Positions 1 to 9,692 of a stretch of DNA of 64,000 nt are shown piece after piece (position 1 is the stretch's first letter; each line of letters begins with the position of its first letter). The notes below the pieces were generated by a model that saw nothing but the letters and a program-made list of their open reading frames with translations, ran no database searches and was not told the DNA's origin. The translations under genes were made by a program, and so were the position numbers. This stretch comes from a virus: the IMG/VR virus record IMGVR_UViG_3300021365_000003; one strand, 5' to 3'.

Positions 1-1
1 C

Positions 2-91
2 TATCCGGATCACGTGGAGGATCTCCCGGAGCTCCCTAGTTATAAAGATCTCAGAGAGTTTAAGTTATTTAAGGACCATAAAACCGTCTAG
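2..91 (+). CDS. 3' end of an upstream gene of the sugar cluster (truncated by window edge)
   Basis: Open frame YPDHVEDLPELPSYKDLREFKLFKDHKTV ends at TAG 89-91, just before ATG 93; product not identifiable from 29 aa. Confidence 0.55.
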   Translation, partial: YPDHVEDLPELPSYKDLREFKLFKDHKTV

Positions 92-92
92 T

Positions 93-776
93 ATGAAGAT
101 AGCTATCAATCAATCAAATTATATATCCTGGAAAGGTTATTTTGACATGATCCAGTCAGTCGACACTTTTGTGCTGTACGACGACGTACAATACACTAAA
201 CGTGATTGGCGAAACAGGAACAAGATTAAGACATGTCATGGCCTGAAGTGGCTAACTGTGCCGGTAGGCGTCAAGGGGCGGTATCATCAAAAGATAAAAG
301 ATGCAATAATTATTAATGATGGAGATTGGAGAAGCAGTCATCTTAAGTCAATCAAAGAAGCATATTCTAAAGCCCCAGACTATAAGAAAGTCCTTCCATA
401 CATCGAGAATTTATATACGACATCTAATTATAACACCATCTCTGAAGTTAATCGGCATTTTATAGTCGGTATATGCGACTACTTGGATATTAATACAAAT
501 ATAGTTTCTTCTGCAGAGTATAATTTGTCAGCTGAAGACAAAACTGATAGGCTAATCGACATATGCACTCAGGCCGGCGCATCTGAGTATGTCTCCGGTC
601 CTGCCGCTAAAGATTATATCGATCGAGATAAGTTCGAATTGGCCGGGATCAAGTTAACATGGATGGATTACAGCAAATATCCAGAATATCCGCAGCTGCA
701 TGGTGACTTTGTGCACAAGGTGAGCATAATAGATTTGCTATTCAGCTGTGGGAAACAATCGATCAATTTTATATAA
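93..776 (+). CDS. WbqC family protein
   Basis: AINQSNYISWKGYF, YDDVQY..RDWRNRNKI, YVSGPAAKDY, YPEYPQLHGDF..VSIIDLLF are typical WbqC motifs. Confidence 0.92.
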   Translation: MKIAINQSNYISWKGYFDMIQSVDTFVLYDDVQYTKRDWRNRNKIKTCHGLKWLTVPVGVKGRYHQKIKDAIIINDGDWRSSHLKSIKEAYSKAPDYKKVLPYIENLYTTSNYNTISEVNRHFIVGICDYLDINTNIVSSAEYNLSAEDKTDRLIDICTQAGASEYVSGPAAKDYIDRDKFELAGIKLTWMDYSKYPEYPQLHGDFVHKVSIIDLLFSCGKQSINFI

Positions 777-789
777 ACTGAATTAAAAA

Positions 790-1770
790 ATGACAAACAA
801 CATAGAAAATTATGCTTTTCGAGATGGCCTCTCAGCTGAGTTTCCATCTCAATTGATAATGGACATTACAGAGATTTGCAACTTGGCGTGTATCCATTGC
901 CCCCATCCAGTGTTCAAAAAATCAGAGTATTATGCAAAAAGATATTTAGAGCCAGCACTAAATAAAAAAATGGTGCACGAAGTACGAGACGATGCAGCCG
1001 GCGCTTGTAAATATATACGTTACACTAGTAATGGAGAACCCTTAATACACCCAGAAGGCTATAAGATGGTAAAATACGCCGTGGATAATTCAAACACTTT
1101 TGTGTGTTTGACGACGAATGGCACCATCATGAGAGAAAGAAAAACACGTGAGCTTCTAGACTCCGGAATTCACATGATTGATATTAGCATTGATGCCCAC
1201 ACGCCGGAGACCTATTCGAAGGTAAGAGTCAATGGTGACCTGACAAGAACTAAAACCAACGTCCTTAGACTCATTGACTGGGTAAGGCGGGACCAACTAG
1301 GTACAAAAGTGGTCGTTAGTTTCGTAGAACAACCACAAAACACCCACGAGATCAACAACTTCCGGAAGTTTTGGACAGAAAATGGAGCAGATAAAGTTAT
1401 TATTAGGCGTCTTCATTCAGCCGCCGGGGCTGTCGACAACATCGCCAAAAGAATGCATCATGAACAAAAAGAAGAAGAGAGGTACCCTTGCCTTTACCCA
1501 TGGGAAAGACTGACTCTCGACCCCAAAGGATACCTGTCCTTCTGCCCTACAGACTGGAAGTATAAATCAACGTTTACGGATTTTCGCAAGACCACGATCA
1601 AAGAAGCTTGGCAAGGCCCTTTTCTTAAATCTCTAAGAGAGGCTCATGTCCGTAATGAGTTTGGCTGTCATAAATTTTGCGGTCAATGTCCGGATTGGAA
1701 GCAGACTAGATGGCCAGGCGAAGGAAGACGGTATGCAAATCTAGTTGATCAACTCAAAGGTGATTCATGA
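790..1770 (+). CDS. Radical SAM protein with SPASM/twitch domain
   Basis: CNLACIHC (CxxxCxxC), GEPLIHP, TTNG, ISIDA; C-terminal CLYPW..FC..CGQC. Confidence 0.9.
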   Translation: MTNNIENYAFRDGLSAEFPSQLIMDITEICNLACIHCPHPVFKKSEYYAKRYLEPALNKKMVHEVRDDAAGACKYIRYTSNGEPLIHPEGYKMVKYAVDNSNTFVCLTTNGTIMRERKTRELLDSGIHMIDISIDAHTPETYSKVRVNGDLTRTKTNVLRLIDWVRRDQLGTKVVVSFVEQPQNTHEINNFRKFWTENGADKVIIRRLHSAAGAVDNIAKRMHHEQKEEERYPCLYPWERLTLDPKGYLSFCPTDWKYKSTFTDFRKTTIKEAWQGPFLKSLREAHVRNEFGCHKFCGQCPDWKQTRWPGEGRRYANLVDQLKGDS

Positions 1771-2423
1771 TGAAAGCTTATGTTTTTTACACCAACTCTG
1801 TGATATCATGTTTAGAACTGCTAGAACAAAGCTGCGCAGAACTTGAGGACCTAGAGATAGTCCGGTTACTAGGGGGTGACGACTCAACCAAGAGCCTCGC
1901 CGGCCAAACTGGAACGATTGAATATATGAAGTTAATGCTGTCACGATGGCTGCGTTTACCCGAGTTGATCGAGGAGAACGTGGGATCTAAGATCCTGTTT
2001 ATCGACTCCGACATTGTGTTTAACAGGTATAAGAAAGACACTATCCGAAACATCGAGTTGTTTCTAGATGACTACGATTTAGTCACACAGTATGATGACA
2101 ACAGCGGCATGTCGGCCGGTGTAAATATGGGTTTTCTTGGGATCAACTGTACCTCAAAGGCTTTGGTTAAGTTTTCAGAATTCATGGATCTGATATCTAC
2201 ACTGATCACTGAAAACCCTCCAGCTGGATACCCTCAGATTCAGTTCAATGATTATCTCATCGCCGGCGGCGGTACCCCGCCGTTAGATTATAAAGTGCTG
2301 TCATGTGACTACGGGCAGCGCACGTCTAACTGCCGCTTTTATCACGCAATAGGTGTAGGTGGCTGCGGTGAGAAGGTGAATGCTATGAAATCAGCCTTAT
2401 ACAGCTTTGATCAAAATAAATAA
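1767..2423 (+). CDS. Putative nucleotide-diphospho-sugar transferase (GT-A type)
   Basis: ILFIDSDIVF (DxD), VNMGF, Q..FN and FYHA motifs; sugar-cluster context. Confidence 0.65.
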   Translation: MMKAYVFYTNSVISCLELLEQSCAELEDLEIVRLLGGDDSTKSLAGQTGTIEYMKLMLSRWLRLPELIEENVGSKILFIDSDIVFNRYKKDTIRNIELFLDDYDLVTQYDDNSGMSAGVNMGFLGINCTSKALVKFSEFMDLISTLITENPPAGYPQIQFNDYLIAGGGTPPLDYKVLSCDYGQRTSNCRFYHAIGVGGCGEKVNAMKSALYSFDQNK

Positions 2424-3176
2424 ATGAAAATAGCGCTTGTAATTAATACAATAAGTAAAAATAATGATGTATGGAAAGCCTTCTTTGACAGGCTTGATCG
2501 TCATATACCAGAAGGTTTTTTTCATAAAAAGTACGTCTTTGTCGACGATGATTTAGGTGCCATGCCTGCAGGGTATGACATAGTAAAGTACGATTCGACC
2601 AAAAAATACCAGGAACAATTTAGCTCGTGTATTGAGTCTGTTAAAGAGGAGTATTGTATATATATATCCGAAGATTACATACTTTACGAAAATGTGCGCA
2701 TCGATCTCATTAGCGACTTTGTTTCGTTGTTGAGTAAAGAAAGTAACTTATCATTCATAAGGCTTATGAAAGGAGGTCTAGTTGATGTTGATTACCCAAA
2801 GTATAAAAGATGCGATAATATACACCATCTTTACAATGAAGTTCCATACTTCTACACCAACCAAGCAGCGCTTTGGCGAACGGAAAAGTTGAAACTAATC
2901 CATAAAAAAGGACCCGATGCACACATTGCAAATGTTGATTGGGAGAATTCTTTTGAATTCAAAGCGACCAAGACATGTCAGGAGTTGGGGATTAGGGGAT
3001 CTTATTGTTATTATGGTGAACAAAAGAGAGGCCTTTATCATTATGATTCAATAGTTTTTCCACATATATCGACTGCTTTGGTGAAGGGGAAGTGGAACCT
3101 AGCCGAATATCCGGATAAAATGGCCACTATGATTAAAGAATATAACATCGATATCAACAAAAGAGGGTTTGTATAA
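2424..3176 (+). CDS. Putative glycosyltransferase-like protein
   Basis: GT-A-like N-terminal strand, YISEDYIL acidic motif, QAALWR; context. Confidence 0.5.
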   Translation: MKIALVINTISKNNDVWKAFFDRLDRHIPEGFFHKKYVFVDDDLGAMPAGYDIVKYDSTKKYQEQFSSCIESVKEEYCIYISEDYILYENVRIDLISDFVSLLSKESNLSFIRLMKGGLVDVDYPKYKRCDNIHHLYNEVPYFYTNQAALWRTEKLKLIHKKGPDAHIANVDWENSFEFKATKTCQELGIRGSYCYYGEQKRGLYHYDSIVFPHISTALVKGKWNLAEYPDKMATMIKEYNIDINKRGFV

Positions 3177-4138
3177 TGCAAATAGTCGAAGACCTAACAG
3201 CAGAAGTTCCTGATACGAATGCATTTCATTGGGGTTTTAAAGATTTTTCTGAACCCTCCAATGAAAACGTATTGTTTTATGGTTATAACTCTGCAACAAA
3301 TACCATCTTACATAATAGATATGCTGACTTTAAGAGACGAATTTTTTTCAACAACTGGGCACCGTGCGAATTTGCGCAACCCTCGGTCATCGATGGCGTA
3401 CATACTTTTGACAGAGAGTCCTTTTTTAACGAGGTCTATTCTATTTGCCCATACACAAACCAGTGGTTGAACTCACTTGGATTAGATCGAGAGTACGCTA
3501 ACCTTTTCTATCCATACAGCCCTTCGCTAATACCAGAGAGGCAAGAAAAGCAATACGATGTGATATATCATGGTGGTATCCACGGGATCGAGCACGTGCA
3601 GTGCTTGCAAGTTATGAAAAATTTTGCTTATCGCTATTGCACAATGACAAGCCACATAAACAACCTAACTATCGCATGTATAAAAAATGGCTATGCTACA
3701 AACTTAAATTTAGCGTTCCAAGAAAAAGTTAATCTTATTGCGAAAACAAAAATATCTGTATGCTACAACATAGTACACGTTAACCAGGAGCACATTCCAA
3801 ACATAATGTCCTTTGATAAATGGAATGAAAATGAAGCTTTCAAAGAGGTTGGAGAAAATCGATGGAATATAATGCCACAATTTAAAACCAGGATGCACGA
3901 AGCCGCCTTTTCGAGAACTTTGAATCTTGTTATGAGAGATCCGTGGAATATTGCCGAGCTTTACTACAAGCCTGGTGAAGACTTTGTTTATTTCGAAGAT
4001 CAAGAAGACTTAAACAAAAAAATAAAAGACATAGTTAATAATTGGAATGACTATCAACACATTGTTGATAATGCATATGAAAAATCTAAATCTTATCAAG
4101 TTTCAAACTTTTTAAGCACAATAAGGAATAAACAATGA
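3176..4138 (+). CDS. Putative glycosyltransferase (CgeB / Glyco_trans_1_2-like C-terminus)
   Basis: YDVIYHG; KTRMHEAA...YYKPGEDFVYFEDQEDL...IVDNAYEK. Confidence 0.7.
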   Translation: MQIVEDLTAEVPDTNAFHWGFKDFSEPSNENVLFYGYNSATNTILHNRYADFKRRIFFNNWAPCEFAQPSVIDGVHTFDRESFFNEVYSICPYTNQWLNSLGLDREYANLFYPYSPSLIPERQEKQYDVIYHGGIHGIEHVQCLQVMKNFAYRYCTMTSHINNLTIACIKNGYATNLNLAFQEKVNLIAKTKISVCYNIVHVNQEHIPNIMSFDKWNENEAFKEVGENRWNIMPQFKTRMHEAAFSRTLNLVMRDPWNIAELYYKPGEDFVYFEDQEDLNKKIKDIVNNWNDYQHIVDNAYEKSKSYQVSNFLSTIRNKQ

Positions 4139-5343
4139 AATGTAGAGGCTGTGGCTCAAAAGAGCTAGAATTAATTTTGGATCTCGGGGAGCACCCTTGG
4201 TGTAATGATTTTCTAAAAGAAGAGGAAGTTGGGAGAGAAGAGACGTTCCCACTCAGGCTTAAGTGTTGCGAGGGATGTAATTTGCTGCAGCTAGACCATA
4301 CGGTACCGAAAGAAAAAATGTTTGCAGATCATTGCTACCTGTCTGGTGTGACATCGACACTGCGAAATCATTTTTATGAGGTTGCAAGTGAGAACGTCGA
4401 ACAATTTGATATGAAGTCGGACGATCTTGTGGTTGATATTGGTGGGAATGACGGCTCGCAACTATTACAATACAAGGAGTGCGGCATTGAAAATGTTTTA
4501 AACGTTGAGTCTTCTAGTAGGGTATCAGACTACTCTAAGATGAGTGGCGTCCGGACTATTAATGAATTTTTCAACAGGGAGTGTGTAGACCAACATCTCG
4601 GAAACAACTCTGTAAAGCTTTACAATGCATCCGGCGTGTTCTTTCACCTGGAGGAACTGCACAGCGTTATTGACGGTATCAAGGTATCACTTAGAGACGA
4701 TGGTGTATTGATCGTACAGTTTATGTATGCCGGCACAATGATTGAGAAGATGAATTTTGACACAATCTACCACGAACACCTCTGCTACTACACTCTTGCT
4801 AGCCTTAAGAGCCTCTTGCAACGATATGATTTAGAGATCTTCGATGCTTACTACTCTGAAATCCACAGTGGTTCGATTATTGCAAAGGTTACACATAGGG
4901 GCGGGAGCTATGATGTAAAGACCGATCGGTATCTTGAGCTGCATGAAAATGATAAAAAATACACAACAGACAGCTTTAAAGAGTTTGCGCAAAAGGTTGA
5001 GAGCAAGAAAGGTGATTTAAAAGATTTCCTACAAAAGCTCAAAGCTAGCGGCAAAACCATTTACGCTTATGGTGCACCGGCAAAAGGAAACACCCTACTT
5101 AATTACTTTGGCATTGATAACTCTCTAATCGACATGTCTGTCGAGATAAACGAGCTTAAAATTGGCCATTACTTACCGGGTTCCCACATCCCTATTATCG
5201 ATGAAAAGACTGTCGAACACCCAGATTACTATCTTCTTTTGTCTCACAATTTTGAAAAAGAGATAATAGAGAAAAACAAAGACTTGATCGATCGTGGTGT
5301 AAAATTTATTATTCCATTTCCCACATTGAGAGTTGTAGAGTGA
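4135..5343 (+). CDS. SAM-dependent NDP-sugar C-methyltransferase
   Basis: Zn motif CRGC..CEGC, VVDIGGNDG, FDTIYHEHLCYY, HSGS, YGAPAKGNTLLNY, LPGSHIPI. Confidence 0.92.
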   Translation: MKCRGCGSKELELILDLGEHPWCNDFLKEEEVGREETFPLRLKCCEGCNLLQLDHTVPKEKMFADHCYLSGVTSTLRNHFYEVASENVEQFDMKSDDLVVDIGGNDGSQLLQYKECGIENVLNVESSSRVSDYSKMSGVRTINEFFNRECVDQHLGNNSVKLYNASGVFFHLEELHSVIDGIKVSLRDDGVLIVQFMYAGTMIEKMNFDTIYHEHLCYYTLASLKSLLQRYDLEIFDAYYSEIHSGSIIAKVTHRGGSYDVKTDRYLELHENDKKYTTDSFKEFAQKVESKKGDLKDFLQKLKASGKTIYAYGAPAKGNTLLNYFGIDNSLIDMSVEINELKIGHYLPGSHIPIIDEKTVEHPDYYLLLSHNFEKEIIEKNKDLIDRGVKFIIPFPTLRVVE

Positions 5344-6257
5344 AAGTTTTAATAACGGGCGCCACTGGTTTCCTCGGAAAACACTTAGTCAAAAAGGTCG
5401 AGCGCTTAGGATGGGATATCTCAATCTCTAACTCAAAGATAGCAAACCTTAAAAATATTGAGAACCTATACCGGTACAATGACATACGGTTTGATCTTAT
5501 CTTCCACTTAGCCGCAGTAACGAAAGCCGGTGATTATTGTTTAAAACATCCGGGAGATCAATGGCTAGCGAATCAAGCCATCAACACTAATATCCTTGAG
5601 TATTGGAAAACAAATCAGCCGCATGCAAAGATGATCTGTATGGGGACTAGTTGTTCGTACAGTCCGGACTTAGAGATGGTTGAGGAAAATTACCTCTTAG
5701 GAAAGCCAGAAAAGTCTCTCTACACCTATGCCATGACGAAGAGGATGCTCCTAGCAGGCCTGCATGCAATAGAGAAACAATATGGATTGAAGTGGCTGTA
5801 TTTTGTCCCCTCAACGCTGTATGGGCCTAATTTTGAACTAGATGATAATCATTTTATTTTTGATTTTATTCGTAATTGTTATAATGCTAAAAACTACAAT
5901 AACGAGTTTGTTGTCTGGGGTGATGGCGAGCAAAGAAGGGAATTGGTTTATGTTGATGACGCCGTCGATATCATGTTAAACCTACTTGATAAAGAAAATG
6001 AGATTTATAACATAGGCACAGGCCAAGATAATTCAATTAATGATTTTGCTAGCATGGTAGCTGAGAATTTTAACTTTGATCAAACTTTAATTGGCCATGA
6101 TTTAACAAAATACGTAGGAGTAAAAGAGAAAAAAATAAATATACAAAAAACACTAGCTGCTTTAAACAAAGATTTTTTATTTAAATTCTCTCTTGACACC
6201 GGTATAAAAAATAGTGTAAAATACTTTATAGAGGAAACAAAAAAACAAAATGAATAA
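5340..6257 (+). CDS. NAD-dependent epimerase/reductase, GDP-fucose synthase-like
   Basis: TGATGFLG, HLAA, GTSCSY, YAMTK (YxxxK), LYGP, WGDGEQRRELVYVDD. Confidence 0.85.
   Translation: MKVLITGATGFLGKHLVKKVERLGWDISISNSKIANLKNIENLYRYNDIRFDLIFHLAAVTKAGDYCLKHPGDQWLANQAINTNILEYWKTNQPHAKMICMGTSCSYSPDLEMVEENYLLGKPEKSLYTYAMTKRMLLAGLHAIEKQYGLKWLYFVPSTLYGPNFELDDNHFIFDFIRNCYNAKNYNNEFVVWGDGEQRRELVYVDDAVDIMLNLLDKENEIYNIGTGQDNSINDFASMVAENFNFDQTLIGHDLTKYVGVKEKKINIQKTLAALNKDFLFKFSLDTGIKNSVKYFIEETKKQNE
6193..6222 (+). promoter_or_regulatory. Putative sigma70-type promoter inside a gene 3' end
   Basis: TTGACA (6193-6198), 18 nt spacer, TAAAAT (6217-6222); next ATG at 6250. Confidence 0.45.
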
Positions 6258-6672
6258 TAGATTATATTTACCAACTTTATCTGAACTAATAGATAGATTA
6301 TCAATTGCACAATTAAAAGAAGTTTTTATAACCGAGCACAAGAAAGAATATGCTGGTGAGATATCAGATATCGTGCATGATATTCAACTATTGTTAGAAG
6401 CAAGCGAGCCCATCACAGCCGAGACCATTCGTGCTATAGTTGTTTTGTCTCAAATGAATCTGCACATCTGGCACAATGAAGCAAACTATAGAAAAGGTAT
6501 CAAAGATGGAAACAATTTAGAGTTAACTCATGGTCTCAATGGGATAAGAAATGTGGCAAAGAACAAAATTCAAGAAGTCGCCGGCGGCCGAAAAGATTAC
6601 AAGATTGATTGTTTAGCAGCCGACTTCAAGGACTGGGATATATCATGGCCCCGGAGAATGAAAAATGAGTAG
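6250..6672 (+). CDS. Hypothetical helical protein
   Basis: 140-aa ORF overlapping both neighbours; LSELIDRLSIAQLK motif; function unknown. Confidence 0.7.
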   Translation: MNNRLYLPTLSELIDRLSIAQLKEVFITEHKKEYAGEISDIVHDIQLLLEASEPITAETIRAIVVLSQMNLHIWHNEANYRKGIKDGNNLELTHGLNGIRNVAKNKIQEVAGGRKDYKIDCLAADFKDWDISWPRRMKNE

Positions 6673-7411
6673 GATTCTAGTTGTTGGTGATAGCTGCAGA
6701 GATGTACATGTATATGGGAGTTCTCATCGCCTTTGTCCAGATGCGCCTGTGCCTGTTTTTATACCATCTCATGAAAAACAAAACTTAGGCATGGCTGGGA
6801 ACGTTTATCAAAACGTAACTTCCCTAGGGGTTCCGGCAATAATAAAAACAAATAAAATTTTAATTGAAAAAAAAAGATTCGTGCACGAAGAGACAAACCA
6901 TATGTTTCTTCGGGTAGACTCCGGAGAAGCAAAAATTGAAAGAATCCAAAATTTAGATCGTGATTTCTTATCAGATTTTGAGTTGATTATAGTGTCAGAT
7001 TATAATAAAGGTTTTCTGCTTGAAGAAGATATTAGATTTATTTGTGATAATCATAATTTGGTTTTTATTGATACAAAAAAAATTATAGGAGATTATTGCA
7101 AGGGGTGCAAATACATCAAGATCAACAAGCACGAATACGAAGCTTCGAAGGGATTCATTGAAAAAACAAAATGGGCACAGGAAAAAGTAATCGTGACTCT
7201 TGGTTCTGGTGGTTGCCGGTTGGGCAAGACACACTTCCCAGTTGGGAAGGTAGAAATTAAAGACGTCTGTGGCGCTGGGGATACCTTCTTGGCCGCCTTG
7301 GGCGTTGATTTTATAAAAAATAAAGATATTGCTTGTGCCATACAGTTTGCAAACGAGTGTGCAACAAGGGTTGTTCAGACAAAAGGAGTTAATACAATAA
7401 ATGAATTTTAA
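6665..7411 (+). CDS. Heptose-7-phosphate kinase-like (HldA / RfaE domain I, PfkB family)
   Basis: ILVVGDSCRD, RLCPDAPVPV, GMAGNV, SDYNKG, DVCGAGDTF. Confidence 0.88.
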   Translation: MSRILVVGDSCRDVHVYGSSHRLCPDAPVPVFIPSHEKQNLGMAGNVYQNVTSLGVPAIIKTNKILIEKKRFVHEETNHMFLRVDSGEAKIERIQNLDRDFLSDFELIIVSDYNKGFLLEEDIRFICDNHNLVFIDTKKIIGDYCKGCKYIKINKHEYEASKGFIEKTKWAQEKVIVTLGSGGCRLGKTHFPVGKVEIKDVCGAGDTFLAALGVDFIKNKDIACAIQFANECATRVVQTKGVNTINEF

Positions 7412-7691
7412 GGAGTACTATAATAAATATTTATCTTTACATCAAAACTTATGGTGTCGAAGACTGCACGTGCTGGGCCAACTTGTAACAATGAGTTACA
7501 TAATTTACTGTATTATAACATTTAAGTTTTTATTACTATTCTTAGCACCACTGGTTGTGTATCCTTTTGCTTGGTCCGGACATTACTTTTTTGAGCAAAA
7601 CACTCCTGCGGCCTTTAGAAACCCCCTGTTTGCGAAAATGTCTGATGCAGTTATGTTTAAACAGTGGATCTTTGGAGAAATAGAAAGATGA
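7401..7691 (+). CDS. DUF962/Mpo1-like membrane protein
   Basis: YLSLHQN..CRRLHVLG; YPFAWSGHYFFEQNTPAAF. Confidence 0.85.
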   Translation: MNFKEYYNKYLSLHQNLWCRRLHVLGQLVTMSYIIYCIITFKFLLLFLAPLVVYPFAWSGHYFFEQNTPAAFRNPLFAKMSDAVMFKQWIFGEIER

Positions 7692-8650
7692 AAGCAATAA
7701 CAACAGATTTTACAAAAAAATTAAATATTCTTATAACCGGGGGTGCTGGATACATAGGAAGCGAGCTGGTTGGCTTCTTTCTCAAGGAAGGCCATACAGT
7801 TAAAGTTGTTGACACACTAGAATATGAGCCAACATCTTTATTGAGGTATGTTGGCGACCCCAATTTTTATTTTAAAAAACTGGACGTCCGCAAAAAAGAA
7901 CCCTTCCGACATCTACTAGCAGAGGCGAACGTCATCATTCCTCTTGCAGCCCTGGTCGGATTTCCTCTTTGTGACAAGAGGGAGCGTGACGCCGTTGAGA
8001 TTAACTTCGAGATTAATAAATGGATAGCAGAAGTTAAAAGACCAGAGCAGATCTTGATTTACCCGTGCACCAACTCTGGATATGGTGTTAGCAAGAGCGG
8101 ATCTGTATGTACTGAAGAGTCCCCTCTAAACCCGGTTTCTCTCTATGGAAAAACAAAAGTTGAAGCAGAGAAAGTCTATCAAGATACTGATGGCAGCTGT
8201 ACACTTAGGTTGGCAACTGTTTTTGGACCATCAAGCAGAGCTAGAACGGATTTGCTAGTTAATAATTTTGTTCTAAAGGCGCTCAAAGACAAGGTTTTAG
8301 TACTTTATGAGTGTGAATTTATGAGAAATTATGTGCATATTTGGGACATATGTCGTGTTTTTCAGTTTGTTATCAACAATTGGGACAAATGTAAAAATGA
8401 GACATTTAACATAGGAAATGACTCTATTAATATGAACAAATTACAATTAGCTAAAAAAATTCAACAGCATATACCGGTTGAAATCATAAAAGCTGAATTT
8501 ACTCAAGATCCGGACAAGAGAGACTATATTGTTAGCAGCCAAAAGCTTTATGATCTGGGTTTTGAATGCAAATATGATCTAGACGATGGTATCCGACAGT
8601 TGATTAAAATGTACAAACTTATAGATGAGCCATGGTATGGAAACTATTAA
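7688..8650 (+). CDS. NAD-dependent epimerase/dehydratase
   Basis: TGGAGYIGS, PLAALVG, YGKTK, RLATVFG; start placed at ATG 7688 (ATGA overlap with upstream stop). Confidence 0.9.
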   Translation: MKAITTDFTKKLNILITGGAGYIGSELVGFFLKEGHTVKVVDTLEYEPTSLLRYVGDPNFYFKKLDVRKKEPFRHLLAEANVIIPLAALVGFPLCDKRERDAVEINFEINKWIAEVKRPEQILIYPCTNSGYGVSKSGSVCTEESPLNPVSLYGKTKVEAEKVYQDTDGSCTLRLATVFGPSSRARTDLLVNNFVLKALKDKVLVLYECEFMRNYVHIWDICRVFQFVINNWDKCKNETFNIGNDSINMNKLQLAKKIQQHIPVEIIKAEFTQDPDKRDYIVSSQKLYDLGFECKYDLDDGIRQLIKMYKLIDEPWYGNY

Positions 8651-9035
8651 GACGGTTTGGACAAATGGATGTTTTGATGTCCTGCATCGAGGTCATTTAG
8701 AACTTTTCAAGTTCGCTCAATCGTTCGGTGAGCGGCTCATTGTCGGAGTTGATACCGATGATAGGGTTAGAGGGTCCAAAGGCCCTGAGCGACCATATAA
8801 CAACCTGCAGGACAGGGTGGCGATGTTGAAAGCAATTAGGTTTATTGATGAAGTAAAAGTTTTTGGTACAGACGCCGAGCTTGAAGACCAAATAGTACTT
8901 TGCGATGCCAAGATAATTGTTATTGGTTCTGATTATAAAAATAAAAAAATTATAGGTAAAAATTTAGTTGACAAAATAATTTTTTATGATAGAATAAGTA
9001 AGTATTCAACAACTAAGATCTTAAACGGACTATGA
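8637..9035 (+). CDS. Heptose-1-phosphate adenylyltransferase-like (HldC / RfaE domain II)
   Basis: WTNGCFDVLHRGH, KGPERPYN, GSDY, YSTT. Confidence 0.88.
   Translation: METIKTVWTNGCFDVLHRGHLELFKFAQSFGERLIVGVDTDDRVRGSKGPERPYNNLQDRVAMLKAIRFIDEVKVFGTDAELEDQIVLCDAKIIVIGSDYKNKKIIGKNLVDKIIFYDRISKYSTTKILNGL
8968..8995 (+). promoter_or_regulatory. Putative sigma70-type promoter inside a gene 3' end
   Basis: TTGACA (8968-8973), 16 nt spacer, TAGAAT (8990-8995) with extended -10 TG at 8987-8988; next ATG at 9032. Confidence 0.55.
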
Positions 9036-9367
9036 AGACATATGTATTCGATATAGATGGTACCATTTGTACAAACGTTGATGGCGTGTATAAGAATTCA
9101 GAGCCACTACAAGAGAGAATAGATGAAATTAATAAACTATTTGAAGAAGGTAATACTATAATTTTTCAAACAGCACGAGGAATGGGACGAACTTGTAATA
9201 ATGCAATCGAGGCCCATAAACTGTTTTTCACCCTTACACAAGAGCAGTTAGAGAATTGGGGTGTTAAATACCATAGCTTATTTCTAGGTAAGCCATCCGG
9301 AGATGTGTATGTTGATGATAAAGGAATAAATGATGAAGAATTTTTTAGAAATGCACTTTGTCCCTAA
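9032..9367 (+). CDS. Small HAD phosphatase (capsule-biosynthesis phosphatase type)
   Basis: FDIDGTIC, TARG, GKP..DVYVDDK. Confidence 0.88.
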   Translation: MKTYVFDIDGTICTNVDGVYKNSEPLQERIDEINKLFEEGNTIIFQTARGMGRTCNNAIEAHKLFFTLTQEQLENWGVKYHSLFLGKPSGDVYVDDKGINDEEFFRNALCP

Positions 9368-9692
9368 AGGTTGGGGTTATGAAAAGTGGATTGTTAACAA
9401 AGAAGAATATTGCGGAAAGCTTTTATTTTTTGTGAAAGGAAAAAAATGCTCTTGGCATTACCACGAACTGAAAGATGAAGTCTTCTATATACAGTCCGGA
9501 AAGGTCCTGGTTAGATATTCTGATCAGGATGACATTGAGAAGGCAGATGAAGTTGTGCTAGAGAGAGGAGATAATTTTCATGTGCATCGAGGTCTAAGAC
9601 ACCAGATGATAGCATTAGAAGATACTGAGTTGTTTGAGTTCTCAACTCAACATTTTGATGATGACAGTTACAGAATAATTAAAGGTGATTAA
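9330..9692 (+). CDS. Cupin-domain protein (sugar isomerase-like)
   Basis: VPKGWGYE, SWHYH..KDE.F, H.M.A.EDTELFEFST. Confidence 0.82.
   Translation: MMKNFLEMHFVPKGWGYEKWIVNKEEYCGKLLFFVKGKKCSWHYHELKDEVFYIQSGKVLVRYSDQDDIEKADEVVLERGDNFHVHRGLRHQMIALEDTELFEFSTQHFDDDSYRIIKGD

Noticed and set aside
7709-7737. TTTACA-17-TATAAC promoter-like match
   Set aside because: It lies just inside a gene start with no nearby downstream start codon; likely chance in AT-rich DNA
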